Positions 7,360 through 13,357 of a DNA stretch of 13,357 nt are shown here, in pieces. This DNA comes from Candidatus Aenigmatarchaeota archaeon (lineage in GTDB: Archaea; Aenigmatarchaeota; Aenigmatarchaeia; QMZP01; QMZT01), in the NCBI GenBank assembly GCA_041489155.1, contig JBGPQP010000019.1:1-13357 (forward strand), written 5' to 3'. The notes beneath the pieces are model-generated. The model worked only from the letters and a program-made list of their open reading frames with translations. It ran no database searches and was not told the origin of the DNA. Made by a program: the position numbers and the translations under genes. Numbering within the stretch: position 1 is the stretch's first letter; each line of letters opens with the position of its first letter.

Positions 7360-9195
7360 ATGGTAATGAACAGCATACGCAACATAGCGAGCCCGGTCGC
7401 GCGGACGTTCGTCCCGGACACTTCCATTCTGATAAACAGGAAGCTTTCCGAGCTCATAGAAAGCGGGAAGCTTGACAACTCGAAGATAGTCATACCGCGC
7501 CTCGTGATTGACGAGCTCCAGGCGCAGGCTTCCAGGGGGAAGGACATCGGTTTTCGCGGGCTTGACGAGATAAAGAAGATACGAGCCGCCTGCGAGAAGC
7601 ACAAGATCAAGCTTTCATTCACTGGCGAGCGTCCGACGCAGGAGGACATAAGCCTCGCGAAGAAGGGACGTTTGGATGCGCTCATCCGCGACTTCGCCGT
7701 CAAGGAGAACGCCACGCTTCTGACCAGCGATTATGTGCAGGCGCTCGTTGGAGAGGCGGAGAACGTCGCCGTGAGCTACATTCCTTATGACATAAGCCAG
7801 AAGACGATAAAGATCGAAGGCTTTTTCACGCCGGACACGCAATCCGTCCACCTGAAAGCGGGGGTAAGGCCTTACGCCAAGAAGGGCAAGCCTGGCGAGG
7901 TCAGGCTCGTCCACCTGCGGGAAAAACTGATGGACGAGGAAGAGCTCAAGGCTATAACGTACGAGATCCTTTCGAAGACCCACCGCGACCCGAGCTCGTT
8001 CATAGAGATAGGCAAGCAGGGAGCGAGCGCGATAGTCGTGCAGATGGGGCGTTACAGAATCGCCATCACCAGGCCGCCGTTTTCCTCGGCGGCTGAAGTC
8101 ACGGCAGTAAGGCCGATCGTAAAGCTCGAACTGAAAGACTACAGGCTGCACAAGGACCTCGAGGAAATGATAGTTTCTGAATCAAAAGGAATCCTCATAG
8201 CAGGCCCGCCCGGCTCGGGCAAGTCAACCTTCGCTGGTAGCGTCGCTGACTTCCTTTCGAAGAAAGGCAAGGTCGTCAAGACCTTCGAGCAACCGAGGGA
8301 TCTCCAGGTCGGCCCGGAGATAACACAATACGCGCCGCTTGAGAACGACTGGGAGAAGACGGCGGAGCTGCTGCTTCTCGTCAGGCCCGATTACACAATT
8401 TTCGACGAGGTGCGCAAGACGAAGGATTTCCGCGTCTTCGCGGACATGCGCCTCGCCGGCGTCGGGATGATAGGCGTCGTGCATGCGACGGACATCATCT
8501 CCGCGATACAGAGGTTCATGGGACGCATCGAACTGGGCATGATCCCTCACGTGGTCGACACGGTGATTTACATAAAGAACGGCGTGGTGGAAAGGATTTA
8601 CACGCTCGGCCTGCTCGTTAAAGTTCCGAGTGGCATGATCGAGGCGGACCTTGCCAGACCCGTCGTTGAAGTGCGCGATTTCGAGACTAAACGCTTAGAA
8701 TACGAGATATACACCTTCGGCGAAGAGAACGTCGTCATTCCAATAAAAGAAGCGCCGAAACCTCTGAGAGACAAGGTCATGAAAATCATACTGAACGAAC
8801 TGGGAACGGTGGACAAGGACCTAGAAGTCGAGTTCCTTTCCGACAGCCGCGTCCTGCTGCGCGTGAGGAACGAGATCATCCCCAAGGTCATCGGCAGGAA
8901 AGGCCAGAACATCGAGGAGCTCGAGAGGAAGACGGGCATAAACATATCGGTCGAGCCGAGGGAAAGGACGCTGAAGGAGGAAATCAAATACCTGTTCGGC
9001 GAAAGGGGCTCGTCCTTCAACATAAAGATCGAGAAGAAATTCGCAGGCAAGCAGATCGATTTATACGACGGTGATGAATATCTCTTCTCGCCCGTGGTGG
9101 GCAGGGAAGGCGAGATCTGGGTCAAGAAGCGCTCAAGCGAGGGAGAAAAAATACTGCGCGCTGCCAGCTCGAGAACGCTGAAAGTGATGGTCTGA
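7360..9195 (+). CDS. PINA: PIN-domain / VirB11-like ATPase / KH-domain protein (archaeal Holliday-junction branch-migration ATPase family)
   Basis: PIN motif VPDTS..IN, Walker A GPPGSGKST, LLLVRPDYTIFDEVR, RLAGVGMIGVVHA, KH motif IPKVIGRKG. Confidence 0.93.
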   Translation: MVMNSIRNIASPVARTFVPDTSILINRKLSELIESGKLDNSKIVIPRLVIDELQAQASRGKDIGFRGLDEIKKIRAACEKHKIKLSFTGERPTQEDISLAKKGRLDALIRDFAVKENATLLTSDYVQALVGEAENVAVSYIPYDISQKTIKIEGFFTPDTQSVHLKAGVRPYAKKGKPGEVRLVHLREKLMDEEELKAITYEILSKTHRDPSSFIEIGKQGASAIVVQMGRYRIAITRPPFSSAAEVTAVRPIVKLELKDYRLHKDLEEMIVSESKGILIAGPPGSGKSTFAGSVADFLSKKGKVVKTFEQPRDLQVGPEITQYAPLENDWEKTAELLLLVRPDYTIFDEVRKTKDFRVFADMRLAGVGMIGVVHATDIISAIQRFMGRIELGMIPHVVDTVIYIKNGVVERIYTLGLLVKVPSGMIEADLARPVVEVRDFETKRLEYEIYTFGEENVVIPIKEAPKPLRDKVMKIILNELGTVDKDLEVEFLSDSRVLLRVRNEIIPKVIGRKGQNIEELERKTGINISVEPRERTLKEEIKYLFGERGSSFNIKIEKKFAGKQIDLYDGDEYLFSPVVGREGEIWVKKRSSEGEKILRAASSRTLKVMV

Positions 9196-9207
9196 ATTTC
9201 GTTCTAG

Positions 9208-10545
9208 CTACATGCCGCCTGCCATGCCGAACTGCTTCGCGAGTTTCGCGAATGGGCCGCGCTTGAAGGCCTTGCCGCCGCCCGCCATCTTGAGCAGCTT
9301 CTTTATCTGCTCGTAGTTCTTGATGAGTTCCCTGACCTCGGCCTGCGTCGTGCCCGAGCCTTTCGCGATTCTCTGGATGCGCGACTGCTTGATTATTTCA
9401 GGGTCCTCGCGCTCCTCTTTCGTCATCGAGCTGATCATGTGCTTCCACTTCTTCATCTTCCCCTCTTGTACGTCGGCGAAGTTTTCCGGCAGCTTCTTCC
9501 TGAGCGCTCCGCCGGAGAAGCCAGGGATCATGTCCATCACCTTCGACATCGAGCCCATCTTCTGCAGCGAGCCGAGCTGCTCGTAGAACTCGTTCATGGT
9601 GAAGCGGCCCTCAATGATTTTTTTCGCTGACTCTTCCGCTCCGGACTCTTTCGCCTTCTCGAGCAGGCCCTGCAGGTCGCCGTAGCCTATTAGCCGCGAG
9701 AAGAAGCGCTGCGGGTCGTATTCCTCGAAGTCACCTATCTTTTCTCCGACGCCGATCATGCGCACGTTCGAGCCGGAAACAGTCGAAGCAGCAAGTGCGC
9801 CGCCTCCTTTCGCCGTCCCGTCGAGCTTGGAAACTATGAGGCCGGTTATGCCGACGAGCTTGTTGAACTCCTCGGCCTGCCTGCGCGCGGCCTGGCCGAT
9901 GTCCGCGGGTATGACGAGGAAGACTTCGCTGGGCCTTATGATCTCGCCGAGCTTCCTCAGCTCCTTCGCGAGCTCGCCGTCTAGCGCGTCTCTTCCCGCG
10001 GTGTCGAATATGAGGACGTTCTCCTTCGCCTCTTTCAGAGCGTGCTTGGCGATGTCTTCGGGCTTATTGCCTTCTGAATAAACAGGGACTTCTATCTGCC
10101 TGCCTATCTGCCTCAGCTGCTCCTGCGCAGCTGCTCGATGAGTGTCGCATGCGATCAGCGCGACTGAGAGGCCGCGCTTCTTGAACCAGAAGCCAAGTTT
10201 GCCGGCGGTCGTAGTCTTGCCCGAGCCGAAAAGGCCGATGAGCAGTATGCGCTGGTCCGCCAGGGAAAGCTTCCCCTTTTCTTTGCCCAGCATGGCGACT
10301 ATCTCGTCATAGAGCGTCTTGATGAAGAATTCCTTGAGCGTCATGCCCTTCGGCGTCTCTTTGAGGACGCGATCCTTTATGTTCTGCGTTATCTTGAAGA
10401 CCAGCTTGACATCTACGTCGGACTGGATGAGTGTGCGCTGCAGGTCGCGGAGTATCGCTTCCACCGCTGCCTTGTCAACCACGCCGAGGCCCATGACCCT
10501 GCGAAATACGTCCTTTATGCCCGAGCCGAATTTATCCAAAGCCAT
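9208..10545 (-). CDS. srp54: Signal recognition particle protein SRP54
   Basis: GSGKTTT, DTHRAAA, DTAGR, KLDGTAKGGG, GVGEKI; Met-rich M domain with SMT.EER..P and SRIQRIAKGSG. Confidence 0.97.
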   Translation of the reverse strand: MALDKFGSGIKDVFRRVMGLGVVDKAAVEAILRDLQRTLIQSDVDVKLVFKITQNIKDRVLKETPKGMTLKEFFIKTLYDEIVAMLGKEKGKLSLADQRILLIGLFGSGKTTTAGKLGFWFKKRGLSVALIACDTHRAAAQEQLRQIGRQIEVPVYSEGNKPEDIAKHALKEAKENVLIFDTAGRDALDGELAKELRKLGEIIRPSEVFLVIPADIGQAARRQAEEFNKLVGITGLIVSKLDGTAKGGGALAASTVSGSNVRMIGVGEKIGDFEEYDPQRFFSRLIGYGDLQGLLEKAKESGAEESAKKIIEGRFTMNEFYEQLGSLQKMGSMSKVMDMIPGFSGGALRKKLPENFADVQEGKMKKWKHMISSMTKEEREDPEIIKQSRIQRIAKGSGTTQAEVRELIKNYEQIKKLLKMAGGGKAFKRGPFAKLAKQFGMAGGM

Positions 10546-10594
10546 TTTATCGCCTTTCCCGCTCCATGCGGTGAGATTATAATAGATTCATGGT

Positions 10595-10608
10595 TTTTAT
10601 ATATAAAA
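10595..10608 (-). promoter_or_regulatory. Putative TATA box for srp54 (perfect 14-bp palindrome TTTTATATATAAAA)
   Basis: About 50 bp upstream of the srp54 ATG; matches archaeal TTTAWA(T)A consensus. Confidence 0.55.
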
Positions 10609-10645
10609 CAGGCACAGGGAGGCATCTAGGCAGGCCTAGCTAACG

Positions 10646-10662
10646 AAAATAAAAAACAAAAA
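10646..10662 (-). terminator. Oligo-T archaeal terminator downstream of the RDD gene
   Basis: Minus strand TTTTTGTTTTTTATTTT starts about 14 nt after the stop codon. Confidence 0.6.
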
Positions 10663-10675
10663 GCGGAGGGAAGAA

Positions 10676-11131
10676 TCAAGCCCTCACTACAACGGTTTTT
10701 GCAGCAATGTCGCCTATCCTCTGCTTCTTCTCCGAGACCAGCACCACTATGAAGCCGAGCAGGTACACCGCGAGGCCGTCGATCATCCTGAGTATCGTCC
10801 TCAGGAAGGCTTCGGCGAAAGTCAGTTTCTTGCCGTCTTCCCTGACGACCTTTATGTTCACCATCTTCTTGCCGAGCGTTTGTCCAGTCGTGCTCTCGAA
10901 GTATGTGAAGTAAAGGATCCATATCACAAGGCTTATGACTACTAATGTGCTCATCAGGGCCATAACCGAAGCGAGGGTCACAGGATTGGCTACGCTGCCC
11001 ATTATGGAGAAGAGCGCACTGGTCATGCCGAAGGGAAGCGTTATGACCATCGTTATTATCATCAGTATGATGTGGTCTGTTATCACTGCGATAGCCCTGC
11101 TGCCGATACCCGCATAATCCTCTTTTGCCAT
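10676..11131 (-). CDS. RDD-family membrane protein (151 aa)
   Basis: YAGIGSRAIAVITD, GQTLGKK.VNIKVV, LR...R.ID and KQRIGDIAAKTVVV. GGAGGT SD supports the start at 11131 rather than 11293. Confidence 0.92.
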   Translation of the reverse strand: MAKEDYAGIGSRAIAVITDHIILMIITMVITLPFGMTSALFSIMGSVANPVTLASVMALMSTLVVISLVIWILYFTYFESTTGQTLGKKMVNIKVVREDGKKLTFAEAFLRTILRMIDGLAVYLLGFIVVLVSEKKQRIGDIAAKTVVVRA

Positions 11132-11216
11132 ACACCCAACCTCCGTTTTATATTGATTATTATTTTTGAACGGCCGCCTTAAAAACAGCAATATGCCTGG
11201 GTTCATGAAAAATGAG

Positions 11217-11243
11217 AAATAGAAAGAAAACAAAAAACAAAAA
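11217..11243 (-). terminator. Oligo-T archaeal terminator downstream of the SWIB-like gene
   Basis: Minus strand TTTTTGTTTTTTGTTTTCTTTCTATTT about 10 nt after the stop codon. Confidence 0.6.
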
Positions 11244-11253
11244 TCCGTCGCGT

Positions 11254-11409
11254 TTACCTGCCTGCGAGTCTCTTGCTCTTGACAACTACCCACAGTTTCT
11301 TTGTCATCTCGCTTGGCGTTATCTTGCCCTTGCCGAAAACGTCTTCAAGTGTTTCCTTCCTTCCGGCAAAACAAATCGTATAACCACCAAATGCTTTCTT
11401 CGCCGCCAT
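11254..11409 (-). CDS. 51-aa basic protein resembling half of a SWIB/MDM2 domain
   Basis: MAAKKAFGGYTICFAGRKETLEDVFGKGKITPSEMTKKLWVVVKSKRLAGR: L..VFG...I.PSEMTKKLW..VK...L matches the SWIB L..F.G....R.EV.K.LW.YIK...L pattern. SD AGGGGTG, upstream TATA-like elements and its own terminator. Confidence 0.75.
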   Translation of the reverse strand: MAAKKAFGGYTICFAGRKETLEDVFGKGKITPSEMTKKLWVVVKSKRLAGR

Positions 11410-11516
11410 AATTACACCCCTTAAAATTTTATAATAATGTTTGCGCATTCTGATTTATATATGTTTAGAGGGGAATTTTCGCAAACCGCGCTCGGGTAAA
11501 AGCCACTCCCGCCAGC

Positions 11517-11578
11517 TTTGTGTAATAAGTACCGATAAAGGGCGACTTAATACACAGAAAGGGGACTTTTTACACAGA
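11517..11578. repeat. Three copies of a 15-bp motif (one + strand, two - strand) forming an inverted plus 20-bp tandem arrangement
   Basis: 11517(+) tttgtgtaataagta; 11558-11544(-) tctgtgtattaagtc; 11578-11564(-) tctgtgtaaaaagtc. Confidence 0.75.
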
Positions 11579-13225
11579 ATCAACATTGAATTTGCCCACC
11601 GAAAAAACCCCGTTTTTGACCGTCTTGTTTGCCGAGAACGAGGACATATCGTCCGTCAGATACCATCTGAGCTTGTCCTTTCCCAGAGGGAAATAAACTT
11701 CCCTTGCAATTCCTTGCCTTGAGGTAATTATGAACGACAGTTCGGGGAGGGCGCCGAACGGCATCCCTTTGGTTTCAAGGTACTGACTTATCGGAACGCT
11801 GGTATTCGTTTCAGGTTTCATCAGATTGATGCTGCCTTCATTCCTTTCTGAGGACAAGCTCTTCTGGTCAACGACGAACACCTTCTTGTCTCTTATGTCT
11901 TGGAATGTCGGACAGCCCCTTCTCATGGAGCATAGGCTGCATGAAAGCGGGTTGGGCTTCCTGTTCTGGAGATCCTCTGAGTGAAGGATTCCAGTCTTGA
12001 CGCAGAACAGGATGTCGTTGAAGAACGGTTGATTTGTCTTCCTCAGTTGCGCACTGTTCCAAATGAGCCTCTCGAATTTCCCCAGATTGTTTCCTGAGGT
12101 TGGAATCTCCTCCGCCGGGGTCTGGAAGAGCTCCTCGAAGAATGATGTCACCCATGTGTCGACGGGTATACAGTCGTACCTCTTGAACGCCTGCTGGAGG
12201 AAGCATCCAAGAACCTTCGGATAGATGCCGCGGGGAGGGTCTTCGTATATTCCGGCGTAATCTTGGAGGGTCAGTCTGCGGAAGTCGAAACCCTTGAAAA
12301 GATTGTAGAAGTACGTGAGGAAGACGAATGGTCTCTGGTAGTTCCTGTTGAAGTCCTCCTTTATCTGCGTTATCAGCTGGCGTGTCCTTGCGCTGAGGGG
12401 TTCCATCAGCGCGTCCCAAGAACCTTCCTTGTTGGGTATGCCCTTCTCGGCATCCAATAGGTACATGGTCTGCTCCTGAAGTGCGAATTCTTTCGTGAGA
12501 TGCTTGTTGCCGTATTCCATTAGGGCCCTGCGGAAGTTCAGAAAACTCTCGAAATCATCATACCTCCCTGCCAGCAGCTCGTCGTAGGTGGGGAGCAGCC
12601 AAAGATTGATGCATTCGCCTGCAGGGGGGCTGCCCACCCTCTTTCCTATCGTCTGCAGCACGTTGCTGATCATTATGTATTCCTGCTTCCTGCCTCCAGG
12701 CGTGTTCCAAGCCGCAACGAAGCGTACGATTCCGTATAGCTCCGGGTAAAACTGCCCGCACGGGATTTTGGATCCGTAGTATTTTTCAAGCCTCGGAAAA
12801 ATGAGTTCCACTATCCTCTCCCACTTCTTGTGCCTTTCCGACCGGGTCCCGTCGGGAGAGCGGCAGCACTCCTTGAGGCGTTCAAGCGTCATCGCCTCGG
12901 AAAGCCCCAGCCTTTCCCTCATCTCATTTCCGAACAGTTCGTTCAGCCTTGTATTATCTGAAAGGTTGACATTGGAGAGGATGCGAACCCTCAGGGTGCA
13001 CTCCTCTCCGTGTCGCCTCTCGACTGAATGGCTGATTGGTACGCCGAAAACCCTCTGCCCGCCATGGATGAAGTGGATGCTTTTCAGCGGGAAGCCCGGC
13101 AGTTCCGGATCGAAGAAGTCAAGCAGGGAGACCCATCTCAGGGGGAAGCCCGGCATTGATATCTCACACTCATGCCTAAGCGAAAATTCGTCTGCCATCA
13201 TGTACAAAATTAATGTGGACGTCAT
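11570..13225 (-). CDS. Large HhH-GPD superfamily DNA glycosylase-like protein with a putative Fe-S cluster
   Basis: GIYPKVLGCFLQQAF..DCIPVDTWV parallels the OGG1/EndoIII GVGPKVA.C..L.A....PVD motif, with catalytic K and D retained. Cys pattern C-x20-C-x2-C-x5-C. Start may be 13201 or 13198. Confidence 0.65.
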   Translation of the reverse strand: MTSTLILYMMADEFSLRHECEISMPGFPLRWVSLLDFFDPELPGFPLKSIHFIHGGQRVFGVPISHSVERRHGEECTLRVRILSNVNLSDNTRLNELFGNEMRERLGLSEAMTLERLKECCRSPDGTRSERHKKWERIVELIFPRLEKYYGSKIPCGQFYPELYGIVRFVAAWNTPGGRKQEYIMISNVLQTIGKRVGSPPAGECINLWLLPTYDELLAGRYDDFESFLNFRRALMEYGNKHLTKEFALQEQTMYLLDAEKGIPNKEGSWDALMEPLSARTRQLITQIKEDFNRNYQRPFVFLTYFYNLFKGFDFRRLTLQDYAGIYEDPPRGIYPKVLGCFLQQAFKRYDCIPVDTWVTSFFEELFQTPAEEIPTSGNNLGKFERLIWNSAQLRKTNQPFFNDILFCVKTGILHSEDLQNRKPNPLSCSLCSMRRGCPTFQDIRDKKVFVVDQKSLSSERNEGSINLMKPETNTSVPISQYLETKGMPFGALPELSFIITSRQGIAREVYFPLGKDKLRWYLTDDMSSFSANKTVKNGVFSVGKFNVDSV

Positions 13226-13239
13226 TAAAAGGATACATT

Positions 13240-13290
13240 TACCATGGAAATTGAGCTTATATGTGAAAAAACCATGGTATTTTTAAATAC
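13240..13290. promoter_or_regulatory. Divergent promoter region with inverted repeat TACCATGG/CCATGGTA and TATA-like boxes
   Basis: taccatgg 13240-13247 and ccatggta 13272-13279; TTATAT near 13257; GTATTT-tt-AAATAC 13277-13290 containing TTTTTAAA. Confidence 0.45.
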
Positions 13291-13321
13291 GGCTGTCAAT
13301 TTAGACTTGGAGGTCAAAAAT

Positions 13322-13357
13322 ATGAAAAAATACAAAGTAATATCCATAATCAACATG
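13322..13357 (+). CDS. 5' fragment of a probable ParA/Soj-family ATPase (runs off the window)
   Basis: GGAGGT SD upstream. MKKYKVISIINM matches the ParA start M.K.IS..NMKGGVGKTT, but the Walker A itself lies outside the window. Confidence 0.6.
   Translation, partial: MKKYKVISIINM

Noticed and set aside
7360..9195. PINA as the assembly ATPase for the micro-pilin
   Set aside because: The PIN-ATPase-KH architecture is the conserved archaeal PINA family, and no TadC/PilC membrane platform gene is adjacent.
11132..11293. 54-aa N-terminal extension of the RDD ORF
   Set aside because: It runs through an oligo-T terminator and overlaps the SWIB-like gene; a strong SD supports ATG 11131.

Overview
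Archaeal genomic window, probably DPANN-like: srp54, PINA ATPase and hisS are present, with TATA-like boxes and oligo-T terminators. A GC-richer housekeeping core (yjbQ, M20 peptidase, metallophosphoesterase, small acidic protein, hisS, PINA, srp54, RDD protein, SWIB-like microprotein) is flanked by accessory DNA. On the left is an AT-rich block (5'-truncated hypothetical gene, an unannotated 43-aa pilin-like microprotein, an M48 protease), then arsM and a collagen-like lipoprotein gene that lies between two copies of the yjbQ 3' end. On the right is a large, atypical HhH-GPD/Fe-S DNA glycosylase-like gene divergent from a probable ParA-family gene cut by the window edge. The most notable non-obvious signals are: (1) a displaced yjbQ C-terminus marking an insertion of about 0.7 kb; (2) a 15-bp motif (TYTGYSYAWWAAGTM) in two triplet clusters 10.7 kb apart, each beside accessory DNA and upstream of a microprotein gene; (3) the expanded glycosylase; (4) a half-SWIB protein. 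No rRNA, tRNA, CRISPR array, integrase or transposase was recognised. All family calls come from motif recognition by eye; no database searches were run.
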